A stretch of 64,000 nucleotides of DNA, taken from assembly GCA_002269645.1 (NCBI GenBank), contig NIVC01001128.1:280850-344849 (forward strand). The letters are read 5' to 3'. Below the pieces are notes generated by a model, which worked only from the letters and a program-made list of their open reading frames with translations, was not told the DNA's origin and did no database searches. Positions 1 to 12,234 of the stretch are shown here, in pieces. Position 1 is the first letter of the stretch, and each line of letters begins with the position of its first letter. This DNA comes from Macrostomum lignano. Lineage: Eukaryota. The translations under genes and the position numbers were made by a program.

Positions 1-1239
1 CCAAAAATGTGACTTACTTGTAAAAAAACCCTAGAGCAAAATAAGGGCCTACCACAATTTTGGATAAACAGCAAAGTAACTATGACTTGAATAAGGTCAA
101 ATGCCTTATCATCTAATTAGTACTATGTCTATTTTTAGATGGGCATTTTTGCAACTTACCCCTGATCCACACAATTTATAGTGGCCAGATCGGCTAAGTC
201 AGCCAGCAGTTGCACATTTATGATTGCATCTGCCCCTAAACTTTTATTCTACCTTTCCCTTTCTTTTTTTGCTTTTATCCTTCTTATCCTATCTTATGTT
301 GACTTTTTGAGGGAAAAGATGAACTACAAGTCTGAAAGTTTTAGAAAGGCTAGTTAAGAACAATGTAGGTTTGAAATGGAATCTTAATGGTTAGGATAAG
401 ATCAAGGTTTTGATCATCATTAATTTAAAAAAAATTACTTTACTTAGTTTGAACCAGGACTACTCAAAACACTGGGACGGGAAACTAAATTTTTTTACGA
501 GGCTGGCTGGCAATTATTTTCATTAGAGATGCTGTGTTACTTTGTTGTCTATGGTTATTTTCTACTGCTGGTGATAGACCAGCCTCGTAAAAAAATCTTA
601 GTTTTCCGTCCCGGTGTTTGAGTAGTCCCTGGTTTGAACTGACATGATACAATTATGGTTTTTAACTTTTTTGTGTTATTTTGATTTTGACTTTTTTCCC
701 TGAATTTCAATTTTGGACAAATTTTGGAAGTTGGAATTTTGATCAATGATTTTTCTAAAAAATATTTAACTGATTTGTTTCCCACTGATTGTGTTAAATA
801 AATGATAGGGAGTAAGTAGTAATGTGTATCTTTTGTTCAGCAAAACAGACTTATTAGTAAGTCCACTGTGGATTAAATTGAATAGAATCAGCTTTTTAAC
901 TACGTGCCCAATTGCTAGACTAAGTTATGACAACTACATCAATGCCAAGCTCTACTATTGGCTATGGGTTTGACCATTTGGTCAGGTGGGCTGGTATAGT
1001 ATATATATGTATTAAAAAATACATGTAGATAGCACGTAACACTGTCAAGATAATAGGATACTTGCAACTAAAGGATATTATAGGCTTAATTATTTGACCA
1101 ATGACTAGAGTTCTGTTAGAAATTATAAAATAGCCCTATTTGAGCATATAAACCAGTCTATCAATAAAGTAATATTTTTTTTCAACTCCTTGAAGCCTTT
1201 TCAGCCTCTTGATTTTTGCATTATAATGCCAAAAGTAAA

Positions 1240-2210
1240 GGCTCCAATCCATGACTATTTTAAATTGTTTTCCAACTTACTCATTGTGGAATACAAAGAA
1301 TATGGAAAAAAGTATCAAAAGGAAAATATCCTTACAAACCATCTAATAGTAGGATGTTCCTGCATCTCAAAAATCATTATCTAAACTGCATGACACTTAA
1401 GAAGAAGCAGATCTTGATAAGTTGCAAAGAAAGCATGCTGCTAAAGAGTTACAAGAAGGCCTGAGCTTCTTTGCTTACTGAGAAAAAAAGAATGACTAAA
1501 GCAGCTTACCATTAAGCAGACACATAAAAAAACAGTTGCCTGGGATGCCTTGCATCCAAAAGCCATGGAATTAACTAAATTGATTAGTAAGTGATACTAA
1601 CTTAGTTACTAAGTTAGTAACTATTTTGATATCTATATGTACATATAGTTTATACAAGCTAAGCTTTGTACATTCTGCATACCATGCAATAGCTACTTCA
1701 TAGATATAAAAATGTTCTAAAACAATTGCAAAAGCATGGAAAAGCTGATTCTTATCTTGAACTATTTATATTTTATAAACTGCAATACAAGAAACAATGT
1801 ATTGCATAGTATAGCTAAGGAATGTTTGTTACATTTATCTTTATACCCAAAACAGGTAAGATGTTGGTGGTAGATCATCTACCATTCACATGTGTTGAAA
1901 ATCTTAGCTTTTCTGCTCTTTTGAAATTCTTCAAAAACTACAAGATCCAGTCCTACAAGCATTTTGCAAAAGTCATTATACCCACCATTTATGAAGAGGT
2001 CTGGCTCATTCCATATAAGATGGACATATTTGGAAAATAGAAATAAGTCAATATTTTTGCTTGCCATTGCCTTATTAGCCAATTTTTTTACCAAATGTTT
2101 TTATGTGCAATATATACAATCTAAGAATAAAGGAATGGTAAAATGTTGGATTAGTATGTTATCAATTGGCAAAAGTCATTTTTGTAAAAATTTGGGCATT
2201 TTTTGAAGCA
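1240..2210 (+). pseudogene. Fossil hAT/ZBED-type transposase fragment
   Basis: 1861-2001 translates MLVVDHLPFTCVENLSFSALLKFFKNYKIQSYKHFAKVIIPTIYEEV, which resembles the hAT/ZBED motif (D.LPF..VEN.GF..LL...Y.IPS.K.F...IP..Y..V). SRMFLHLKNH near 1350 resembles the end of a BED finger. Multiple stops and frameshifts. Confidence 0.55.
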
Positions 2211-3077
2211 AAAGACATCATTAAGATTTTGTACCTTTAAAAACAAATAGAAAGCTTTTGAAGGTTGAAACAAACTATAGATAAAAGTATAGTACTTGCA
2301 TCATCAGATAAAAGCATTGGTGACCAAATAATCTATTATATTTTTAATGTATTAGTATCTCAAAGTTACTGAATTGACAGAAAAAAATATGTTACAACCA
2401 TAATGTTACGACCATAAGGCTGCCTTTTCTTTTGTATCTTTGTTGCCTTTTGAGTTTATATATTCTAATAAAAGAGTATAATTTCTAAAGATGTTCTTAG
2501 TCAAATTTTAAAAATGTATTGCAAAATTTCAAAAATGAATAATGTTATAAGACTTTTACCTTTTAGTTTCTATATGTCAAAAATCCTGTCGTTACGACCA
2601 TAAGTGTCATTTAAGGTTTAATAGCATCTATACTAATGATGATATCTATATGAAACTCATAAATATATTCTAGACAAAATAATCTTCCATTTAAAATACT
2701 GGTTTAGTATATTCTATTATTAGATTTCATTTTACAAGTAAAAATAGCCTGTCATGTTACGACTGTGCTTATATGGAATAAGCTGTCTGCTTATCTATTA
2801 GAATTCTATTAAATGGGTTGGCATAGTTGCATATACAAGTAATAAATAGACATCAATGCAAAGAAATGGTCCATAGTCAACCTGACAGTTCATGCAATTA
2901 CTGATGAATTCAAGCTGCATAAGGCAATCCTTTGTAGTGCACCTATCAATAGTGCTTCATCCAGTGGAATGAACATTGCAAACTCAATAAAGTGACCATT
3001 TTAGTAGGCCGCTAATAGGCCTAGCCAATTTAGTAACAAACTACTTTGGTACCAACTATTAGTTTAGCCTTTAGGGC

Positions 3078-3612
3078 CTAACCAGGTTGTGGATGGTATG
3101 CATGTACGCCAGAACCTTTCTGGTATACAAAATGGCAACCCTAAGTCTTTGGCATACACAACTGGTGTACACAACCACGTATACTTTTTGGCATACAAAT
3201 TTTGGTGAATAAATTCATGCCATGCATGAAAGTTGTAATGTAAATTAATGTTTTTACCATAAAGGAAAATTTGTATAGTCTAGAAGGTCAATGATAAACT
3301 TTTTGCTTCTTTAAAATTAATAATAAATAAAATTAGTGTAAATTATTGCTACAAACATCAATTTTGCATTATTATTTCTGTAGGTATAATTTAACTTTGT
3401 TTAAAATGAAAATATTTGTAATATTTTAAAAAGACTTTTTGTATAAAAGCCTTTTTTTAAAACTCTACTTATGAAAACCGAATGACCTTTTTTAGGAGGA
3501 TTTTTTGGCATACATTTTAGGAAATTTTTTGTTTTTGGCATACACTGGCATACATTTAGATAAGCTAGGATTCTTGTTCCGGCATACACTATTACATGAT
3601 CTGCAACCTAGG
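3078..3612. mobile_element. Degenerate MITE-like element, same family as 49465-49985
   Basis: Imperfect terminal inverted repeats and internal GGCATAC repeats. The right end read in reverse complement (gatcatgtaatagtgtatgccggaa) matches the left end of the 49.5-kb element (gatcatgtcatggtatacgccggaa). Confidence 0.5.
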
Positions 3613-3890
3613 GGCCTAAGCCCTAAGCATTTGAATTTTAAATTTTTTATTGCCAAGTATAGTTTAATCTTCTTGGCCTTTCCTAGTTAAACAACTAAAA
3701 CTATATATATTAGCCTATGATTTTTTAGGGCTTCTTGAACTTTAGGTAGATAAAATAAAAGATAAAAAATGTAGTTTCAATAGGATCATAATTTAGTCTC
3801 TATAAGGGTTTTTGATGGTGCTGATTTTAAATTTGAGCTTCATTTTTTGTAGCTTAAAGCCAACCACCGGGATATAGGAAATTGGGGGTT

Positions 3891-4365
3891 TTAGGGTGGG
3901 GAGAATCTTCATGGGGATTGATTTTATATACCTAAACTTCAATAGAAGTATAGAGATCTATTGAAGATTAGGTAGATAAATTCAGAGACTGAGGGGGTAG
4001 GAAGCAAGTCTTAGGGGGGAGGGCAAGTCTCAAGGGGGAGGGAGCTGACAACTACCAACAACTGAGGCATGAGGAATGGGGGTGTTAGGGTGGGGAGAAT
4101 CTTCATGGGGATTTATTTTATGTACCTAAACTTCAATAGAGGCATAGAGGTCTATTGAAGATTAGGTAGATAAATTTGGAGACTGAGGGGGGTCTCGGGG
4201 AGGGGGGGAGCTAACAATTGTCAACAACTGCGGCATAGAGAATGTGGGATTTTAGGGTGGGGAGAATCTTCATGGGGATATTTTACATACCTAAACTTCA
4301 ATAGAGGCATGGAGGTCTATTGAAGATTAGGTAGATAAATTCGGAGACCGAGAGGAGGTCCTAGG
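3891..4365. repeat. Three diverged 167-194 bp direct repeats with G-tracts
   Basis: TTAGGGTGGGGAGAATCTTCATGGGGA...CCTAAACTTCAATAGA...TATTGAAGATTAGGTAGATAAATT starts at 3891, 4085 and 4252. Confidence 0.85.
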
Positions 4366-7300
4366 GGGGAAATCGAAATGAAGCTTAAAAATTCAACAAG
4401 TTATCAAAAACACAACCATGGAGAAAAAATTATAATCCTATTAAAACTAATTGATATTAGCAGCTGTAGTTACCTTTGGAATGGAGACAATTCAGATTAG
4501 TAGAAATTAGTATAGGTAAACAAGTAAAGAATATACCACTAGCTAGAATATACTTTACTAATCAACAATGAATGACAGCAAATCAAAAAGCGGGTGGTGA
4601 GGGGCAGATGGCAAACTGTGAGTCAGCATTTTTTAAAAACAATAAACTGATGTGGCACTTCCGCTCCACTATAACAAATTGAGTGAAGAAAAATTAGAAT
4701 AGGCACTATTTTTTCAGAGATTAAACTCAAATGTTCTAAATGTTTTTTTAGAATAAATTTATCAAATTTTAGAAAATATTTACATTAGAAATTTATGATT
4801 CTAAAAAAGTTCAACTTTCAAACACACAATTCTCCAAAACTGCTTGGTTCAAATTAACACTAGTTATATGAGAGATGTACAAATCAACCTCCTGTTACTT
4901 TTGAGGGTAATTTTTTGCAGATTTTTTTCTTTATTATCATTTTGGATAGCCTTTAAGACTCTAACAAAATTTTCAAAAAAATGGAAAATTGGAGGTATTT
5001 TATGTACTTAAAGTTCAAGAAGGCCTTTGTTTATACTCACACATTAACTTTCCTTGAGGAAAATTTGAAAACAAAGAGAATTTAGCAAAAGTACTTTGTT
5101 AGTTGGCATAGGCCTACCTAGATTGCCAGAAATCAAAATTATAATATAGGGCCTAGGCTATATATTATATAATATGATATAATACATAATAGATTAATCT
5201 TAATTATTTTTATTATTCTTTCTTTGAAACTTTCTTGAGATTTTTTGAGCATGTTAATTGATACAGCTGTTATTCTCACTTGTTACCAAAGTCAAAGTGG
5301 CTGTTACCAAAATTCCTATTACTGAATTAGTCATTGTACTTTGTAGTGACCTTGTATTGACCTTTGCTAACTTTCTGTACTGTATTAGGCCTAATATAAA
5401 AATTTCAGGCATTCTTCAAGTTTCGTTCGTTTAATTCCAACACCCACCCCCCACCACCCTTGAATAGAGGGCGAAAATAATTCCGGAAATAATTAAACGA
5501 ACGAAACTTGAAGATTGCCAAATTTCATTCTAGAAACTTCTGTGTAAATAGCATTTTCCATATTAGGCATATGGAAAGCCCTACTAAGGCTTATTAACAT
5601 GTAGAAAAAGTTAGGCTTAGGCTCAAATCGTCGATAAAGTCGAGGCCTACGCCCAAACAAATAAATCTAGAGTCGCAAAACATACTGCAACGTAGCCCTA
5701 CGATTTATAAGGCTAACAAGTAGGTCTAAAAACGCGAGTAAATAACAAAGCGGATAACATTAGCATTGTTAAATTAAATACAGTTATACATGTTCGTGTT
5801 GTTGTCGACACTTTATCGCTTAAGTTACATTTTATCGATCGAATCAACATCAATCTGCAATGTGAGCTTGAGCTTTTTTACAAGAAACAGAGTTAGTAGT
5901 ATAACAAAGTACTGTATCTCTTATTGCATGTTTAATTGAAAAATGCTTCGTGGAGCCCATGAAATTATTTACTTAAAATTCAGAAAACGCAAAAATAATG
6001 CAACATAAAAATAATGCTGATAAAAAATTACATACTCTGATGCTCAATCCAACTCCAGCTCAAAATATCGCATTGCATTGCCGATCTCATATCATGCAGC
6101 TGTGTCCACGACCGGCGAAGGCTAGAATTAAAAAATATTATAAAATGCCGTTTGAACCTCAATATCAAAATTAACTGCAACTCTTGTCTGCGCTTTGTTC
6201 AATTGAAACTCATCACTATACTAGCTGTCTGACGAAACATTTTACGCGGCTGTACTTGTACAATCGGTAACTTTGCAGTGGTCCTTGAACAATACATTTA
6301 TCATGAAAGCCACATGTTGTTGCAGTGTGAATAAATTTCGATCGATCAGAAAGTTTATTACGAGAAAATTAAAATTATCTTTTTATGATCGATTTCAGCT
6401 CTAAAACCTACAGCTATGTATGTACGTTGTCTGCAGTTGCATATGGACAATTGCGTGTGTAGTAATATACATAAATGTTAATAGAGGTATGGTTGTACAT
6501 ACGTTTATGCCTATAACTCAATAGCTAGCAACAGAGCGGAGTGAATCGGAGTATATAGAATACACACGCATGTACATTTACGACTATGTGTAATACATGT
6601 GCATGTATGTGTCGTTAGCTACAATGTACATGTATATGGCCAACAATGATCGAACAGTAGGCCACATACGTGCAGCTTGTCGCACTGAAGGAGGCCAAAA
6701 ACTGTAGTGCTACTGAATTCAATTTCATGGCGCAAATAATTGCTTGGCTCAAAAGGCCCCTTTATATGCTCTCGCGTACATGTACATGTAGGTCTATCAT
6801 AGAGTTGTTGCATTTTAACTGTTTACGACATTTAATGCATGTGTTCGAAAGGAACACCATGTGTAGGAAATCGAGAATTATCCATAGGATTGCAGGCCTG
6901 TCAAACACAATCTAAAGCTATACGGTCGTATTTATAGTACATGTACATTTATAGCTACTAGCTGAGGCGAAGTTAACAAAATTCAATCGGAACGGTAGAG
7001 CACTCATTGTGCGTCGTGCAGGTGTGTCTTGCAGGCACAGTCTGCTCGGTACCTTTTAATACCTGCACCAGGCCGAAAACACTCGATCTGCCCAGGGGCC
7101 GAGAAGCATGCGTAGTAATGTATTTAACTCAGTCAGTAGGCGTGGCGCATCAATTCATGCATGCAGATGCAGTACATGTACCTCTGCGTATATTAAATAA
7201 TTTTGCGGTGGATGCGCATGTACCGACTCTATAATAGGCTGCCGCTGCTATCAGATCATCCATTTGGCTACCGGCTGGACAAAACCGTGGACCAGCCGCG

Positions 7301-7396
7301 AGCACACCATGCAGGTCAATCCACGCGCTGCGCTTCCAAGGGGTGTCAATTCGTGCATGCGATCGTTAGCCTGTGTACGGCAGCAAGCCGCACTCT

Positions 7397-8127
7397 CCAT
7401 CACAATCCACCATCAGTCCATCACCAGTTCGTCACAATCTACCGCAGTCCATCACAGTCCATCACAGTCTATCACAGTCCAACACAGTCCATCACAGTCC
7501 GTCACAGTCTACCACAGTCCATCACAGTCTATCACAGTCCATCACAGTCCATCTCCAGTCCATCACCAGTTCGTCACAGACTATTAATACAGTCCATCAC
7601 AGTCCATCAAAGTCCATCACAGTCCATCACAGTCTATCACAGTCTACCACAGTCCATCACAGTCCATCACAGTAGTCCATCATAGTCCATCACGGTCCAT
7701 CACAGTCCATCTCCAGTCCATCACCAGTTCGTCACAGACTATTACCACAGTCCATCACAGTCCATCACAGTATATCACAGTTCATCAGAATCTATCACAG
7801 TCCATCACAGTCTATCACAGTCTACCAAAATCCGTCACAGTCCATCAATTTCCATCACAGTCCATCACAGTCCGTCACAGTCCATCACAGTCCATCAAAG
7901 TCCGTCACAGTCCATCACAGTCTATCACAGTCTATCACAATCCATCACAGTCTATCACAATCCATCACAGTCCATCACAGTCTATCCACAGTCTATCACA
8001 GTCCATCATCCATCACAGTCTATCACAATCCATCACAGTCTATCACAGTCCATCGTCACAGTCTATCACAGTCCATCACAGTCCATCGTCACAGTCCATC
8101 ACAGTCAATCACAGACCATCACAGTCT
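7397..8127. repeat. 10-bp minisatellite (CCATCACAGT)n
   Basis: Directly visible. The ORFs over it (SPSQSITVHH repeats) are repeat artefacts. Confidence 0.95.
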
Positions 8128-8690
8128 ATAGAATTCAGAGACAGACGTGTAGAAAGAATATTTATATATATTTCCTAGAATTAATAACGAGATTTCTAGG
8201 TAGAAATTATTATAAATCCAAAACGCACTGTACATGAATTAATCCGGCCTCAAATATCAATAAAAAGCCTGAGTCACATCAGACAGTCTGTCAGCTAACA
8301 TAAACGCAGTGGTGATGTCCCGCCCCATCAGAGTATTTTGATAAAAGTACAAACGAAAGTTACCAGACAGCCGTTCGCTGCCAAATTCTTAGAGTTGCTT
8401 TAAAGCTTGCTATCTGAGACGATCGGGACTGACACCCATAGCGTATTTGGCTTCGATCTTCGCCCCAACCAGTAAGCCAGGACTGCACGCTAAAAACATG
8501 TCTATGGCTGAAACCCCGAGGCTCAGTCTAGGGAGCGGGCTAAAGCGGCCCCGCTCGCAGCGCAGCAACGACTTTTACCCAACCCATCGATCGGCAACAG
8601 CTCGCTCATTCCAGGGGAGCAAAAAAGATCTGCTAAACAGCTTTTAGCGACCGTTAATGCGAGTTTGACTGCGAGTTCGTCAAAGAAGTA

Positions 8691-9101
8691 ATGAACATCA
8701 ATGGCTGCGCGCCCAATTGGTGCGACGCAAATTGGAAGGACTGCATCCACCGGTGGAAGCGGAGCCGGGAAAAGTGGCGCGCCGAGGCCGTCAAACTGCA
8801 GAAGCAGCTCTGCGAAATGACTCGCACAGCTTTCCATTGGCGCCAGCAGGCCAACATAATGAAGTGCGAATACTGCAAAACCCGCGACGCGCTGGCCAAA
8901 TGGCGGGCGGAGGCGATGCGCTGTCGAGAGTCCACCAGGCAATGGAAGATCGAGGCTTGCCGCTGGCGCGAACAGGCCAGGTGCTGGAAGCAGCGCTGCG
9001 CGGAGCTGATGGACCGCAAGGACGACCAGATGATCGCCATGATGTGCCAGTCGCGACAACGCCAGTGCGCCCAGATGCAATCAATGTACCCAGGCTGCTA
9101 A
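8691..9101 (+). CDS. Intronless 136-aa Trp/Cys-rich predicted coiled-coil protein of unknown function
   Basis: Codons are GC3-rich like the exons of the recognised genes. Trp at residues 15, 22, 29, 50, 71, 85, 92 and 99 (all 1 mod 7); heptad consensus W[RK]x[EQ]Ax[KR]; 13 Cys. Confidence 0.65.
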   Translation: MNINGCAPNWCDANWKDCIHRWKRSREKWRAEAVKLQKQLCEMTRTAFHWRQQANIMKCEYCKTRDALAKWRAEAMRCRESTRQWKIEACRWREQARCWKQRCAELMDRKDDQMIAMMCQSRQRQCAQMQSMYPGC

Positions 9102-10550
9102 GCAACTGCGGCACTCTCCCCCCGGTCAACTCGAAAGCCGACTCTCAAACACCCGGTGACTGCAGACTTAAATAGAAGTATTGCATGCGTAATGGTTGAC
9201 CAGCTCGCCGCTCTCTGACTGCAAACTTTCTATAACCGCCCAGTTTGACTTCCCATCCGCGTCTCCGATATTTGCCCACCCCAATGGCATTGCTTGTATG
9301 AAAGCCTAAACAATGTTCATTGAGCCCCGACCTTGCTCGTGCATTACCCCAATTGTTTAATATCGACGAGTAAATTCTTAGCCCAACTCGCAGGTAATAA
9401 TCCTCGGCAGGCAACTTATTTGACCTTCCGGTAGCAGCAAAAAATTTTTATTTCGCGACGCATTCGCACAGAAAGACGGTCTTGTGTATATTTGCATGTA
9501 ACATTACCACTGTCCGGAGCCGCGCTTATTTCTAACGGTATATATTCATCTGCCCAAAACTGTACTCAAAACACTCGATAATCGTTTGCTGCATTTTTTC
9601 TCCAAGCAATTGCTGGGACTTAACCTAAAGGTTCTCGCGGCAATTTGCTAAACACGAATTGTTTTTTTCTTTGAAATAAATGCGTCCCATCCATATACAA
9701 CTAACTAAATATTTCGTATTGCACTCTCGCTTCGGCACATTATTTTCATGTTCCAAAAGGCTGGCCTTTGCCACTCTGGCGGTAAATATACCATTAATTT
9801 TGTAATCGTACGAAGTCTAGTAAGAAAATAGAAGACATCCGTTTATATAGAGGCCATGTATAAAAGCAAAAATTGAACGTCTTTTACTCGCATTAATAAA
9901 ATTAAATAACTTTGCCTAAAAGCAATTAGCAATTAGAACTTGCAGACAAGTTGATAAAAGACGACCCATTGAAGTAGCATACATGCAGCTTACGGCTAAC
10001 TAATGCTAAACCAAGCCCTTGAACTGTAAGATTAACCTCTATGGCCCAACTTCCAAATTCATGAAAAAGGAATACGCGCACACGATGTAATGAAAACTTA
10101 TCGTTGTACTTATAATTTAAAGCTACAAATTTACATGCATATTAAATAGCTAAATAAGATTGCGCTCAGCAAGGTGAAGCTTTTTATTTGAACTCTTCCA
10201 AAAGTACACCAGTACTTTAGTAATAGTTATAGTAAGTACAAAATAGCATCGCTTTCAAGCCGCATTCGTACAGGTGTGTAATTACGCAAAAATAATAAAA
10301 ATCCTAATTGCAAATTCGAAGGTGCAATCATCCCAAGTTTAACGACCACGTTAAAAAACCGAAATGAAAAAACCAAGCACTTGCAGTATATACTACTTAC
10401 GTATGCGTAGCGGGCATCGCGTATGTCAGTTTAGCATTGAAAGCGAATAAAATATTCATGAACTGCAGTTCAATTTAACATTTAATTCATTACAAGCATT
10501 GAAACCCGTAGTACACTGCAGATATATGACACCACCTTGCCTAAAGCTCA

Positions 10551-10712
10551 CTGACACTAATTTTGCGCCATCTGACACAAATAGGTGACACTAACTTAGC
10601 GCCATCTGACACATATGGTTGACACTATCTGCGCCGTCTGACACAAATAGTTGACACTAGTCTGGCGCCATCTGACACAAATTGTTGACACTAGTCTGGC
10701 GCCATCTGACAC
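10551..10712. repeat. 34-bp tandem repeat, about 5 copies
   Basis: Unit TGACACTAATTTTGCGCCATCTGACACAAATAGG and variants. Confidence 0.9.
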
Positions 10713-11514
10713 CAAAAATATTAAGCATAATTTGCGCCACATAGTAGGTACAAAAGAACGAAAATTAAATAACTACAACAAAAAATACTAATATCAATTA
10801 AAAAGTTGAATGAGACAAAGAATTACCCGATTGGTAATATACCAGCGCTACTTACAGTAGCATAGTATTACTTACAGGGCATGGCACAATTTATCTATTC
10901 TGACATTTACCAATCGACAGAGACGGCCAGAACAGATTTTAAAGGATAAAATTTATGTAGAAGCGAGGCATACGATTTTCGAAATTGCTACTATTAAAAA
11001 TCCATTATAGAAGCAATTTTAGCGCAGAAAAAATTGACAACTTTAAATTTATAGATCTCTTGTAAAGACAGCTTTGCAATACAAGCTGGAAGATCTGCAG
11101 AGATATAAAGTCAGGTTAAATCAACTACAGATTTTTAGACAAATTCCCCAAGAATTACGGCTATTCAGGCGTAACTAATTAGCTGACGAGGCATCTGTGT
11201 AATAGTTTCTCCAGAAGTTTACTCGCTAAAAGTACATTTTAAATTATCAGCGATTAGTAGACGCAAGCAGTAAGCGGGGAAAAGCAAAATCACTTGACCG
11301 GTTTGGTTTTATCATCAATCAATTTATCAAACAAATCAATCAATCAACCAACGTAACATGAATTAATAACTGATAGATAACTTCTTTCATAAAAACTTCA
11401 TTGAGTTATTTATATCCAAGAACGAATTATTAAACATTAGAAAATCAATTCAGTTTATCCACGACCGAATTAATCAAAAGAGCACTCATTCAAAATATCA
11501 ATATTTTAAGAAAA

Positions 11515-12190
11515 ATCAATCAATCAGCATATCCATCAATCAACACATCAATCAATCAACTCAAAAATCAATCAACACATCAATCAGTCAACACATCAAT
11601 CAATCAACCCCTCAATCAATCAACACATCAATCAATCAACACATCAATCAATCAACTGATCGATCATTCAACACATCAATCAGTCAACACATCAATCAAT
11701 CAACTGATCGATCAATTAACTGATCAATCAGTCAACTCATCAATCAATCAACTCATCAATCAATCAACTGATCAATCAATCAACTCATCAATCAATCAAC
11801 TGATCAATCAATCAACTCATTAATCAGTCAACTCATCAATCAATCAGCTGATTAATTAATCAACTCATCAATCAATCAACTCATCAATCAATCAACTGAT
11901 CAATCAATCAACTGATCAATCAATCAACTCATCAATCAATCAACTGATCAATCAATCAACTGATCAATCAATCAACTCATCAATCAGTCAACTCATCAAT
12001 CAATCAGCTGATTAATTAATCAACTCATCAATCAATCAACTCATCAATCAATCAACTCATCAATCAATCAACTCATCAATCAATCAACTGATCAATCAAT
12101 CAACTCATCCATCAATCAACTCATCAATCAATCAACTGATAAATTAATCAACATATAAGTCAATCAACACATCAGTTAATCAACTGATAA
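11515..12190. repeat. TCAA-based compound micro/minisatellite just 3' of the arrestin gene
   Basis: (TCAA)n interrupted by CTCA/CTGA/CACA. Begins just past the ATTAAA (minus strand, about 12213-12218) that follows the stop codon. Confidence 0.9.
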
Positions 12191-12234
12191 TTCAGTTAAC
12201 GCATCAATAGTTTAATAAAAAATTAATCAAGCAA

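Noticed and set aside
8523-9175. Overlapping alternative ORFs (185, 128, 152, 112 aa) around the Trp-heptad ORF
   Set aside because: Expected by-products of high GC; only the 8691-9101 frame shows periodic structure.
10551-10712. CRISPR-like appearance of this and other regular arrays
   Set aside because: Units are head-to-tail with no unique spacers, there are no cas genes, and the context is eukaryotic.
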